Source: Nemertoderma westbladi
Lineage: Eukaryota > Animalia > Xenacoelomorpha
NCBI GenBank assembly: GCA_032718475.1
Contig: JAUCBJ010001459.1
Coordinates: forward strand, 1-47,080
DNA length: 47,080 nucleotides
Direction of reading: 5' to 3'
Under the pieces are notes generated by a model. That model ran no database searches and was not told where the DNA came from. It was given only the letters and a program-made list of their open reading frames with translations. Shown here piece by piece: positions 12,286-24,142 of this stretch (positions are counted from its first letter, which is position 1; the number at the start of each line of letters is the position of its first letter). The translations under genes and the position numbers were made by a program.

Positions 12286-15200
12286 ATAATAATAATAATA
12301 ATAATTCTTTTATTCATTCTCGATATTTATAAGCACCAATCGAGGCAGTTTGTCTCAGGCGACAACTGATAATTGAATAAGCGTTAAAAGACCACATGCA
12401 TATAATGCATGAGCTGTACAGTAGAGGACATACAGTATTGTAACAACTTAATTTAAATTTAGATACACAATTTATTTAGATACCCACAATCCAATCATTG
12501 CCCCCCCCCCCCCCCCCCCCCCCACAACAAAAACTTAAATAAATATTTTAGGTGACTTCCTCCCGGTGGTAGCGAGATAGAAAATGGGATTTTAATTTGT
12601 TTTTGAATTCTGTCGGTTTGTTATAACATTTTTTGATAGGTAAAGGTAACATATTCCACATTTTTGTTAGTTGTACTATCATACTGTTGTGGCCATAGAT
12701 ATTGGTTGTTTTCGGCAGTCTTAGTTGAATAGTGCGTTTATTTAGATGGATATGTGTATTTGATATAAATGGTAATTCAAGGATTTTGTATGGTTCTGAC
12801 AGGTGAAATAGGTATTTGTAATAATATATTAGCCCAAAATATTCCCGATATGCTGTTAGAATTGGAATTTTAGCTTTTGATCTTAGTTCAGTGCCGGTAC
12901 AGTCCCTGGTTTTTTTGTTAAATATTGAGCGAAGTGCGAAGTTTTGCATCTTTTCTAGCTTATATAGTAGTTCTTTGTATCCGTATTTATTGTGTAGGGA
13001 AACCAGAAGTTGGCTACAGTAGTGATGGTGCGGTAGAACTATTGTTTTATATATGTTAATTTTGGTTTGTATCGGTAATTGTCCTTTAATTTTCCGTAAA
13101 CATGATATACTTAGTGACATTTTTCGTACTACAGAGTCTATTTGTTCTTTCCAGGTCAGTTTGTTGTCTATATGTACTCCTAGGTATTTTACACTTTGTG
13201 ATTGGTTAATATGAATGTCATGGGATAACGTAAGTTTAGAATCGTCAATATTGCTGCGGTCAGTTTTTGGGGATAATAGTATGAATTCAGTTTTTTCAGG
13301 ATTTAATTTTAGTTTCTTCTTACCGAAAATGTCAGATATTTTATTAATTGTTAGTGTTAGTTTGTCAGTTGCTTCAGTGGGATCGTGAGACGAAATATAG
13401 ATTGCTGTGTCGTCTGCATATTGGACAGTATTGGCAGAGTCAGATATTAGTTCTGGTATTTCGTTTGTATATAGTGAGAATAAAAGCGGTCCAATAAGTG
13501 TTCCTTGTGGTACCCCCCGTTGCTCCTTCAGAAAAGACGATAATTGTGACCCAACCCTAACCCTCTGGAATCTGTCAGTTAAATAACTTTTAATTAATTT
13601 GCAAGCTGTTGTGTGGAACCCCAAATTTGATAAGACATTTATGAGCTGTGAATGATCGAGAGAATTAAAGGCCTTACTAAGGTCGAGAAACGCTACTGCC
13701 ACATATTTTTGTTTATCTAATTGTTCACGCCATCGTTCGGTCGCATACGTAACAGCGTCAATTGTAGAAAATTTCTTACGAAATCCGAACTGAAAAGCAG
13801 TGCGTAATTTGTGTTTGTAAAGATAGCATTCAATTTGGCTTACAAGTACCTTTTCTATTATTTTTGAAATTGGATGTGTGATGCTTAAAGGGCGATAGTT
13901 TTGTGGGTCATCATCGTCTCCCTTTTTAAATACGGGCGTTATGGTTGAGAGCTTTAATGTGTCTGGGAAAATGGAACGTGTAATACAGTCATTTATAATA
14001 TGAGTTAGAGGTGATAAGATCATAGGGCGAATCTGTTTCAATATTCTTATAGGGATTTTAGAGTGGCCGCATGGTTTGTTTTCGTTCAAATTTTGTATAA
14101 TTTTATCTAGGTCAAAAATATTAATAGAAGAAAAACAAAAAGCGTTGTTGTTTGGAGAAATTTGAATTGTGTTTGGAATCGGTAGTGACTTACTTGTAAT
14201 ATTAAGATCTGAAAATTTACCAATATCAATATATATTTCATTTAAAATGTTCGATATTTCTTTTTTATCAAATATACTTTTCCCACCATAGCTTATTTCC
14301 GAAACAGATTTACTATTTTTATTTTTATTTAAAACCTCATTTATCACCTTCCAACGTCCCTGAGTTGTGTTTTGAGTTAAGAATTTATTTTTTACGTATG
14401 CATTTTTTAAATTTTTGTTTAAATTATTGTACAAATTTCGCGTTTTCTTGAAGGAATTAAAATCAGCAATATCTTTAGAAGAGCGCCAAATGTTTAATTT
14501 TTCATACTTTAATTTTCTTAAATTTCCGAGTTCTGTTGTGTGCCATTTCTGTGTGGCTCCTAAGTATTTTTGTGGCATTTTTAGTTTTCGTTTTAGAGGT
14601 GCATGTCTGTCAATAATTTTTTCGATTTCAGATTCAAAATAAGACAGCTTTTTATTTACATCAGATTCGTAATAAAGTGGGATCCAATTAATATTAGCAA
14701 TTTCGTGACGAAATATATTTTGATTGAAATTTGAAAAGTCCCGGTATTCAATCCACTCATTTGTTTCATTGGCTGATTTTGGGATATTATGTGCAATATT
14801 AGTTAAGGTATATTCATGGTCAGAATAATGACAAAAAAATACTAAGCTTTCAATTACAGTAGAAGAAGGAATATTAGTTATAACTAGATCAATTAATGTG
14901 TTAGTACATTTTGTATATCTCGTTGGTTTGGTAGTATTTAGTATACGTAGGTCGTGCGCAGTTGTCATACCTCGCAGTTTTGTTGTCTGGCTACTATTAG
15001 TGTTTAATAAATTGATGTTAAAGTCCCCTTGAATGAGAAAGTTACAGTTTGGTTCAAGTAGCATGGCATTGTCAATTTCTTGTTCAATATCATCAATAAA
15101 GTGTGGGTTGGCACGGGGTGGATTATATACTGTACATACCAATATATTATCGATCTGAACCCATAAACTCTCTAGTTTATCATTGTCCTTAATGTCCTTG

Positions 15201-16284
15201 TTACGTATTTTCGCTTTATAGCCATCCGGAATGTAAATTAGAACACCACCACCCCTCTTACGTTTACGGTCTAGACGAAAGTGTGTGAAACCTTTCATTT
15301 TTATGGACTCACAAGAGGTATTTCGCTTTAGCCAAGTTTCAGTTACTGACACAATAACATTTCGCGAACCCAACAAGACTTCTTTCAGCTCGTCGAAATT
15401 TTTGTTTAGACTTCTAGCATTTATATGAATAAATTTCAGTTTGTCTGTGTCTTTTGCAATATAGTCCTTAATGTCAGTAAATGAATTTTTTACTTTAGCA
15501 TTTGTGGATGTAAAGTAGTAATGTTGTGAATTGTTACTTGTGGTTGGATGTTTGCGACATTTACGTCCTGGACCTGGGTTAGGGTGTATGTTGCCAGAAA
15601 TTTTTAGTAACAAGTTGATAGTAACGGCGAGAATGATAGTTATATCAAGTACGAATGTGTGGTATATTTGTATGCAGTACTTAAGTGTCAAATATGTTAA
15701 TATAACTAATTGTGTGATGCTTAATTTCCTATTGGCAATTAATTTCTTCGAATAGTTTAAGTGAGTAATATCTTTGTTATTTATAGTGTACATATATTGA
15801 CAATTATGTGGTAGAATGACAGTTAAATATAAAAGTGAAACAAATAAGTGACAATGTGACTGTTTATTATTTAGTGTTGCTGCTATTTCTTTAGAATGCC
15901 GAAAAAAACAGTTAGTTGTGAGCTGTACAATTTGATAAAACAAAAATAAGAGAGAATAGTGGTGGGTGAGCCACCACGGAGAGGAGGTCACACGAAAATG
16001 GAAGACCGAAACTACAAGGAAGATGCAACCCAATAAATTTATGATATAACTCTTACGTAGATATGAATGAAATTTCCATTTGTTATTTTTTGAAGAGGGA
16101 TTGGAATGTGAATATCTATGCACATGAGAAATATATCGACCAACAGTAATAATAGAGGTAAATGTTGGATATAATAGGGTAAGTGCATAAAACACGGCGC
16201 ATACTGTAAGTAGCATACAGTGATATATAATGAAAAATTGTATGGATATATGCATGCTGCATTGCAGCTGCATTTTTAAGAATG
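12286..16284 (-). mobile_element. Apparently intact L2/CR1-clade (Crack/Daphne-like) non-LTR retrotransposon
   Basis: Single 1241-aa ORF and a ~240-bp 3' UTR with AATAAA followed by an (TTA)n tail at 12286-12305. The 5' boundary is inferred from the junction with the RTE. Confidence 0.9.
12548..16273 (-). CDS. LINE ORF2-type protein: hydrophobic leader, 2A-like NPGP, AP endonuclease, reverse transcriptase
   Basis: SGNIHPNPGP at aa 226-235. APE motifs HINARSL, VTETWL, GGGVLIY, GDFN, LIDL, SDH. RT motifs NYRPLSI, QFGFR, DLSKAF, GVPQG, QYADDT, KYLGV. No stops over 3.7 kb. Confidence 0.95.
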   Translation of the reverse strand: MQLQCSMHISIQFFIIYHCMLLTVCAVFYALTLLYPTFTSIITVGRYISHVHRYSHSNPSSKNNKWKFHSYLRKSYIINLLGCIFLVVSVFHFRVTSSPWWLTHHYSLLFLFYQIVQLTTNCFFRHSKEIAATLNNKQSHCHLFVSLLYLTVILPHNCQYMYTINNKDITHLNYSKKLIANRKLSITQLVILTYLTLKYCIQIYHTFVLDITIILAVTINLLLKISGNIHPNPGPGRKCRKHPTTSNNSQHYYFTSTNAKVKNSFTDIKDYIAKDTDKLKFIHINARSLNKNFDELKEVLLGSRNVIVSVTETWLKRNTSCESIKMKGFTHFRLDRKRKRGGGVLIYIPDGYKAKIRNKDIKDNDKLESLWVQIDNILVCTVYNPPRANPHFIDDIEQEIDNAMLLEPNCNFLIQGDFNINLLNTNSSQTTKLRGMTTAHDLRILNTTKPTRYTKCTNTLIDLVITNIPSSTVIESLVFFCHYSDHEYTLTNIAHNIPKSANETNEWIEYRDFSNFNQNIFRHEIANINWIPLYYESDVNKKLSYFESEIEKIIDRHAPLKRKLKMPQKYLGATQKWHTTELGNLRKLKYEKLNIWRSSKDIADFNSFKKTRNLYNNLNKNLKNAYVKNKFLTQNTTQGRWKVINEVLNKNKNSKSVSEISYGGKSIFDKKEISNILNEIYIDIGKFSDLNITSKSLPIPNTIQISPNNNAFCFSSINIFDLDKIIQNLNENKPCGHSKIPIRILKQIRPMILSPLTHIINDCITRSIFPDTLKLSTITPVFKKGDDDDPQNYRPLSITHPISKIIEKVLVSQIECYLYKHKLRTAFQFGFRKKFSTIDAVTYATERWREQLDKQKYVAVAFLDLSKAFNSLDHSQLINVLSNLGFHTTACKLIKSYLTDRFQRVRVGSQLSSFLKEQRGVPQGTLIGPLLFSLYTNEIPELISDSANTVQYADDTAIYISSHDPTEATDKLTLTINKISDIFGKKKLKLNPEKTEFILLSPKTDRSNIDDSKLTLSHDIHINQSQSVKYLGVHIDNKLTWKEQIDSVVRKMSLSISCLRKIKGQLPIQTKINIYKTIVLPHHHYCSQLLVSLHNKYGYKELLYKLEKMQNFALRSIFNKKTRDCTGTELRSKAKIPILTAYREYFGLIYYYKYLFHLSEPYKILELPFISNTHIHLNKRTIQLRLPKTTNIYGHNSMIVQLTKMWNMLPLPIKKCYNKPTEFKNKLKSHFLSRYHREEVT

Positions 16285-19200
16285 CTGTGCCGGCTTATCG
16301 ACAAGTTGCACCGCCACAACTCCCTATCACCCATGACATTTGCTAGATCATCCGCATCTTCAAGGCCAGTGTCCTTTAAGATGCGTCTCAAGAAAGTCAT
16401 GGGCTGTCCAACATGCTTATTCACTCCATGAGGCTGCCAAAGTACAAGATTATGCACTGGCTGGTCCTCATGGTGAAAGCAATGTCATGCAAAGCGGAGG
16501 CGATTTTGTTCTAGTGTCAAGCTTGTGGGAACCAATGAGACACCTCCAATGTTATATAGTGTCTGGTTGGAGATGTGTGCATTGTACTTGACACAATGAA
16601 CCCGGCGTAGCATTCTTGTGAATGTGCCATCCAGAGATTTAGTGTCCTCAGCAGTTAGAGCTCAGCATGGACTCCCATAGAGGAGTACTGGAACTACTGC
16701 TGCTCTAAATAATCGGACCTTAAGTTTCCGATTAATTATCGTTGACTTCCAAATCCTGGAAAGCCTATTCAAGGCTGCCCATGCCTTTCCCTTATGTATT
16801 CGAAGGTCCTCACCTGACTTCCGGATTCATGATCCCAGGTAACAGAAGTCATCCACATGCTCAAGCATACCATCTTTTGAGCTTATGCTCATCCGATCAG
16901 AGACTTGCTGAGGACTTTCAAAGTTAACTGTCAAAATTTTGGTCTTTCTGGAGTTAATAAAAAGACCAACACTAGAAGCAGCCTGTTCTAATGAGCTGAG
17001 GAGCCGTTGGGCTCCCTCTAGTGATTCTGAGAGTACTCCTAAGTCATCAACAAAGTCTAGATCAGTTAGGTACTTGGCAGGATTTCCTCGACTTCTGGAG
17101 CCAGTAGGTGGAGTTATCATCACCCCATCATCATTATGATGATCTAAGGACATGTGTAGAACATAGTCAACCACAATTTAAACAAGAATGGTGCAAGTGT
17201 GTCTCCCTGGAATGCCTAATGAAAGTATGCTGAACATACGTGAGCGGGAGACTGAATTAAAGGCCTTGAAGAAATCAACAGCCAGATCAACAGATAACAG
17301 CCAGATGCCTGTCTTTCTTTTTTGATAACTCTTCAATTATCCTTCTAAGTGCCAAAATGGGTTCCATGGTCCCACGACCTTTACGGAACCCATTCTGATT
17401 TCCACGGAGCAGTCTCTCAATGGGATCCCTGATGCGATTTAATAGAATTCTATTGTATAGCTTTGCAGCAATCGAAATCAATGAGATCCCCGAAAAGAAC
17501 CATAGAGTGCTAGGTTGCCCTTCTTGGGAACTGGCACCAACTTATTTGTTTTCATTTCTTGTGGAACTCTTGTTGTTCGGTACATGTCTACTATGAATTA
17601 TGATGGGATAGATGAGCTTTAAACACTCAGGTATTTTAAAGACCTCAGGGGGAACACCATCTACTCCACTGGCACGATTGGTCTTAATGCTCTTTGCAGC
17701 AGCCTTCACTTCTGCAAAGGAGATATCACCAATGGGAATATCTGGGAGTACAGACTCAGACACTTTTACTTCTATAAAGTTATCAGGCAATACCCTGTCA
17801 TTATTGAGGAGCTTTTCAAAGTGGGCCTTCCAACCATTGAGGCGATCGGCTGGTGATTCAGCCTTAACCTTCCTTGGTGGTTGGTTGGCTTTTTCGCCCA
17901 GTAAGCAAGTTGATCGATTTCCATGCCTAGGATGATTGCCTGCTGTTGTCGGCACCATTGATGGCATCAACCTGTTGGTTTATTAGCTCCTGTAGATTAA
18001 CAGAGTTACTGCCTTTTCAGGGACCTAGATGCAGCCTTGACTGCATTCTTGGCCGCTGTAGTCTGTTTGAGTCGGGACTCTTTCTGCATCTTATATAGGT
18101 CATTTCGGCACTTCTGGATTTTGTTGTCAGTCCAGGGGGCCCTTTTCCTGTTTCGAGGGTATACAGGAACTGTTTCTGCAGCTGCTAACTTAACTGCTTC
18201 TGTGAAGGCAGTATAGCCCTCACAGTGATCTGCCGCCTCAGAGGCAAGAACCTCATACCTGTTGCTCAGCTGTAGTGTGAAATTGGATCTCACAATTGGC
18301 TGTTGCAACAGAGAGGACCAGTCATGCCGCGGCAAGGCAGATTTCGTTGTTCTGCTAGCACGCAGACTAAGTCTTACCTTGGCCACAATAAGGTGGTGAT
18401 CACTGGAGAAGGGTCGAAGTGTGAATGCATTACAGTCTTGTATAGAGCTCCTGTACTTCCTACGAAACAGAATATGGTCTATCTGGGACTTGTGACCACT
18501 GGGTCCACTATGAGTCCATAGCTTTCGAGTTCGCTTCTTGAATTGGGTTCCAGCCGAAAACAATCCATTTCCAGAGCATGGACGGAATTTCGGTTGACAC
18601 TATTGCTATAGACCCAGGGCGATGTAGGTGATTGATGCAGACTTGCATTAAAGTCTCCCAGAAATGTTAAGAATGCATGCTGATCCACTCCATCAGTAGC
18701 TGCTTGTAAATTGTGGTAGAAATTTTCCACCTCCTCTACAGGGGCAACACAAGTTGGAGAGTAGCACACAATCAGAACCACCTTAGGAAACTTCTTAGCC
18801 AGTCTTCCAGAACATGAGAAGTCAAGTGGCAATGGATGATGCGGTTAGAGATTTGGTCTATTTTGTCCAATGCTGCATGTGCAGTTGGATTCATCAATAG
18901 ACCAATACCACCTTTGCCACTATCATCTGCTGACGCGAGGGCGAGTCGCCAACCGCCCCCCATGTCCTTAATCAGAACCTCATCAGTCTTTCCAGTCTGC
19001 ATTCGGTGCTCTTGAACACCCACTGCACTAAGAGAAAGCTTATCTGCCAAGGCAGTCAGCTCACCTTGTCGCATTGGGGACCCGAGTGTTAGGGTGTTTA
19101 CTGAGGCTAGTCTAGTGACTTGCCTCAGATTCACCAATGGCTTTGTTGGTCGGGGTGGAACATGAGAGTAGCCTCCAACTCCAGAATCCCTCTCCCCCTC

Positions 19201-19530
19201 ACAATCTGGCCTCCCTGGTAACCCAGGGTTTGGGCCAAAAAGGTCATCAGGAAAGGGACTCACCGGTCTCCGCATTACTAATGTAATCCATAGTGGGGGG
19301 TTGGGGGGTGCTTTTTTGCCGAGTCAGCTCTCGGGGCAAATGAGTTTTGGAGGCAGACTGGACCTACTGACCTAATGACGCGGCTCTAACGCTACTAGGA
19401 CTTAACGCCACCTACCTAATGCTACCAGGAACTAATGCCATGGACCTAGAGCGCCAGGACCTAATGCACCATAACCGTCACAAAGCTAGTTCCCCTCACA
19501 GTCCAGGACTGGTCCAGGTTCTAGGGAGGC
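16285..19530 (-). mobile_element. Decayed RTE-clade non-LTR retrotransposon (APE + RT)
   Basis: APE GVQEHR, GGIGLL, CYSPT, GDFNA, QIDHIL, SDH. RT AKLYNRILLNRI, QNGFRKGR, QGDTLAP, DLDFVDD, FCYLGS. C-terminal DRELWR. Multiple frameshifts and an internal RT deletion near 17215. Confidence 0.93.
19358..19472. repeat. Degenerate ~15-18-bp tandem repeat in the RTE 5' region
   Basis: Recurring GGACCTAATGC(C)AC-like units. Confidence 0.6.
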
Positions 19531-19589
19531 CCTTATGACAGGATGGGATACAGTCCTAGAGGGTGTTGGTTGGTTGGGTGTGTAGTAAG

Positions 19590-19740
19590 CCTATTCTGGG
19601 ACCTAGATGCAGCCTTAACTGCCTTCTCGGCTGCTGTAGTCCGTTTGAGATGGGACTCTCTCTGTGCCTTACTGAGATCCTCTTGGCACTTTCGAATTCT
19701 GTGGTCCGTCCAGGGTGCTTTTTTCTCTGCGAGGATATCA
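19590..19740 (-). pseudogene. Short fragment of a second, diverged RTE copy
   Basis: KKAPWTDHRIRKCQEDL...EKAVKAASRS is homologous to KRAPWTDNKIQKCRNDL...NAVKAASRS at ~18020-18150. Confidence 0.85.
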
Positions 19741-19854
19741 CCAGAATAGGTTAGCATAAAGTAACAAAATGATTATTTTTAGAGTGATTGGTAGGTCAAG
19801 TAAAGTCAAGTCTTCCGCTTATAGCATATAATTCCCTTAAACTGCATGCGAATG

Positions 19855-20077
19855 TATTGATATTCGAGATCCCGAATTGACTCAAATTCCATCTCGATAT
19901 TTCGTCTCAATGTTTAATATATATTAAGGGAAAGGGGCAGGTTACAGTGGCATGTTAGTCTAACCAAAACAAAATACGAAAGCCAATAGAACAGGGTGCA
20001 GTTTGGTTTTTGGTTGTAATCAGATTTTCCCCTGGAAAAGGATGAATTTAAATTAGTCCGGATTGCTCCCCTGCCTG
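19855..20077. mobile_element. Diverged MITE copy, related to 42770-43011
   Basis: Shares GGGAAAGG.GCAGGTTACAGTGGCA.GTT, CAATAGAACAGG and TTTCCCCTGGA with the reverse complement of 42770-43011. Confidence 0.7.
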
Positions 20078-21236
20078 AAATATTCTTGTCAATAATCCAA
20101 GTGATGTCAACTGTGGAAATATTCTACATTGTATATTGTCGTCATGTACAAATACAATACATATTCATTATCCACGCTGATAATGGCATGTTCCAGAATG
20201 TTTTCAAACTCTGCTAATTACCCATACGTTTCGATGCTCATCTACGATTTTGTAGTGTTCAGTTAGTTTCTATAACTCATTCGAAACCCTACAATTTCAT
20301 TAATTTTATTCTTAAATTTATTGTTCATTCTCTAGGAGAAAATTTGTATTTTTAAATCAACTTCCACCCAATAATTTCAATAAATAATACACTCATCCCT
20401 TCCGCTCATTGATTTGATTTGATTACACCTTTTCGACTAATAATATCCAGAATAAAGTATATCATGAGACGGAAATTAAAAATGACATGAACCTGCATGG
20501 GCCATAAGATTGTGGAGGTTCCTATGATGATCGTAACATATGGGACTTTAGATCCCGCTAAGTTTAGCATGGCACCCGAACAATTAGTGTAGTTAGTCCA
20601 CGCAGCATTGGGTAAGAGGTGGGTTAGGTTTGTTTTTTTGTTAGGGTTTGTTGGTCAGGCACAAACCTTAATTGAAATTATCATGTAATCCCAACCCTAT
20701 CTCATAATCTATTGCCTGAGGGCCGAAGAGGCGTCATGCCAATTATACCCAATATCCAAATTGGGTGCACAATGGAAAACTAAATGAATAGTGCTACTAG
20801 TGACTAAAAATGAATAGTGACTTTCCTCAAGTTTACCAGAAATGGTTTGGGCCTAGTTGGCATGTCTTTATAAAATATCACACTGCATAAGTGCATAACA
20901 ACCATCCCGTTCTAGCTCTTATCCAGCCCTGCCCTTTGGTTACCCAGTGCGTTTGAATTTGTCACTGGGCTGGGTCACCACTCTCATATTTGGGTTGAGA
21001 CTGAAAATTTTAGCAAAAGTCTGAAGAATCTATGTACAACATACAGTACAGTACGGAAGCCCTATTGACAGATTGAAGTTATAACATTGAGGCTTCTTGT
21101 TTGTGGCACTGCTATAAGTAGATAGCTCCGGGGCGCCCTAGTAACCCTGGAAACTGACTTCCAAATGCCTCTCATCTACTGCGACTCCAGAAGCCTTAAA
21201 TTACCATTAAAAAATATTAACCTTAAAAGGCCGAGA

Positions 21237-22897
21237 CGGTTAAAAATAGGGCAATTTTTTTTGTTAGAAAAGGGGAAATTGTTAAAAATAGGGAAATAGT
21301 GGCAGGCTATACGAATATATATAAAGGCCCTACCTCATCAACATAAACGAATTAAACAAACATACTCAGAAGCACATAAATTACATATTAAATTTCACAA
21401 AATTACAGAATATACATTTTTGAAGTGGCTAATTAGTTATATCAGTACTACTGTAGTTATTACAATGTCTAAGTTCTGGAACAAGTCAAATTCGTCGCAG
21501 TGTTTCTACTGGAGAGTTTGTATTTCGTTCGTGAAATTTATCCATTAAATACATGCGAAGTGTTGATTTATAGACTGGGTGGGCTTCCTTATCAGTTACA
21601 CAGTTATTTAGATGACTCTCACCGACAGCATCCACTTCAAGAAATGGCTTGGATACTTTAGAGACCCATTAACAGATAAATTCATTCATTCATTCATAAG
21701 TATATTTTGCCCAATAATTATTAACATGAATATATAAGCAATTACAATGTTCACAGATTAAGATTTAAGAAAATAGTTAGCGGTGATAGGGTAGATCCAA
21801 ATTATTAGCATTTAGAATAATTAGATTTAGTGAAAGTTGTAATCGCGTAGATAGCAGTGAGTTAAAGTAGTAGATCACTGAGATTTATTTTTTATAGTTG
21901 TTAATATATATATTGCTAATGTGTCACCAAGGTTAAGGTATCACGAATTTGAAAAGGGTTTATCAGTGGGGTGGTGTGCACTGGTATTGATAGGAATTAA
22001 ATACTCATACGATAACAATTAAAACCTTATATAACTCTTTTAGGAGGCCTAAACTAAGCCACCTGATATTGATAGACTGATATTTTCTGTTGTATCATTA
22101 ACAACTCATCCACAATGGGGGCTGAATAAGTGGGAACTCGTTTAGTTACGTGGCGTATCAATTCCAATTGTGGCGTACAAAGCATTGTGTATGTAGAGAC
22201 AAATGATATCCTAAACGTTGCTTACTTAGAAATAACACGCAAGTAAACATTCGAAAAAAGGTAAATGATAGTGGGGAGGACTTCATTCCTTGGATTATTC
22301 CATATAGATGGAAAACGCGACATGGAAGAACAAATGATACCAATGAGATATGATAAAAATGTTGATTGTAATTATTTAGACATTTGAGGATAAAATTCGC
22401 AATGGAAATAAATGATCTTCATTGCTTATTGACATACAGTTACATTTCTCACTTAATGGGAGTACTGACTGGGCACTGGACTGCATTTACCGTAATAATA
22501 GACTTTACTTTAAGGTCTGTAACCTCCATCTATCATTACCATCAAACGTTATTGGTAAAACCTCATGACAGCGAATTAAATGATAATGAAATAAATGACT
22601 ATTCGAATAAAGAAATTCGAATAGATGAATAGTAAGATGGCTAATACGTGTATGAGGGTTATATTCAGGAAAATATCTAAAGAAACTAATTATATTGCCC
22701 CAAGTTTTTATGTTGCTAGGTAACTGCTTACGTTACTCATTAGAGATAAAACGGTACGTTACTCATGAGTAACCAATGAGATAACCTCTTACGAGTTTAA
22801 GAGTTCCCTATTTTTAACAATTTCCTATTTTTAACAATTTCCCTATTTTGAAAAATTTCCCTATTTTTAACAAAATTGACTGCCCTATTTCTAACAG
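21237..22897. mobile_element. Non-autonomous DNA transposon with repeated subterminal motifs, containing a LINE remnant
   Basis: Arrays of GTTAAAAATAGGGAA at 21237-21298 and the inverted TTCCCTATTTTTAAC at 22804-22897. Confidence 0.6.
21681..22400 (-). pseudogene. Highly decayed LINE 3' remnant
   Basis: Residual N(A)LVRPQLE-like RT C-terminal peptide near 22160-22200, and a (TGAA)n microsatellite at 21681-21697. Confidence 0.4.
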
Positions 22898-22904
22898 AGA
22901 TTTT

Positions 22905-24142
22905 ACCTCTACTGAAAAGGCCTGCTATCAAGAAAGCAATGGCAATTACAACGCATTTAAATTTCATTTAATCCCATCAAAGGCCTGCTAGTTCTCCCAT
23001 TAGTCAGTAAGATTTTTAGGCGTGTAGTCTATGACCAGCTGATTTCTTATTTTAATAGTAAATCATTATTGTATCCGAAACAAAAAATTCGTGAAGTTTT
23101 CGTTAATAAAGAATGTGCTTGTATGATAAATATCGATCTCAAAACGGCGTTTGACACGCTGAATCACAACATTTTATTTAAAAAAAACTTGAAATGTATG
23201 GTGTACTTGGTAGGATTCATGCTTACTACGGTACCTTAGATAATAAACTTAATTTTACCTTCCATATTAACTACGTTTTAAAAAAGATATCAAAGTCCAT
23301 AGCTATTTTCTATAAACTGAGACATATGTTTCCATTATCTATTTTGAAATTATTGTATTTTCTTTAATACATCCTACATTCAGTACTCTCTTATTGTTTG
23401 GGGATCGGCGTGCGCGTGTGTGTGCATCTCACACTTATCGTATCAAAGTTCGTGTCAATAAATTACTACGTGCAATTACTTTGAGCGACTGGAGATCGCC
23501 GTCAAGCCCTTTGTACAAACGTTTACATATTCTACCAGTATCTGAACTATATAGACTCCAAGTAGCGCAAACCATGTTTGATGTTTTTCACAACAGTCGA
23601 CACCAATTATCTCATTTATTTTCTAAAGTAGAAAACGTCCACAGATATCAAGTAGATCTGCCTCTAATAATTTATTTTTTTGTTCCATGTGTGTCTTTAG
23701 TCGTTGCTCAAAATGGTCTAACTTACAAGGGCCAATTATTTGGAATAATCTTCCATCCAGCATTAGGAATTGTATGTCTAAAGGTAGCTTCACCAATAAC
23801 TTGAAGAAATTCCTTTACCAATCTTTGTAGTAATGCCTATCTCTAGAGAAGTTTAGTTATATTGTTAATATTTATGTGGTAATATGATATCTGTTATTTG
23901 GGACTATTTGTTTACTGAATATATGATGGTGCTTTTCATTTATGATGGTGCTTTTCATTTATAAACATTTGACATGATAACCTAACCTTGACTAGCCACT
24001 AGCATATAAATTGCTATATTAGCCAATGGTTGTATAATATTTGTGACATATATATATATATTTTGCGGTTCGCCTTATACATTTACAAGGTAAATAAATT
24101 AAATGAAAATGAAATAAAATAAAAATAAAAAAAAATAAAAAA
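22905..24142 (+). pseudogene. Decayed L2/CR1 LINE 3' fragment
   Basis: Residual LLVLPLVSKIF.RVVYDQL, IDLKTAFDTLNHNILLKK, PLYKRLHILPV. AATAAA and an A-rich tail at ~24090-24142. Confidence 0.8.

Noticed and set aside
12501-12523. Long C/G homopolymers (also 35746-35769)
   Set aside because: Simple slippage tracts whose length is unreliable in assemblies. No functional evidence.
20560-20780. Telomere-like GGGTTAGG motifs
   Set aside because: Only 2-3 scattered copies inside a probable decayed MITE, not a telomeric array.
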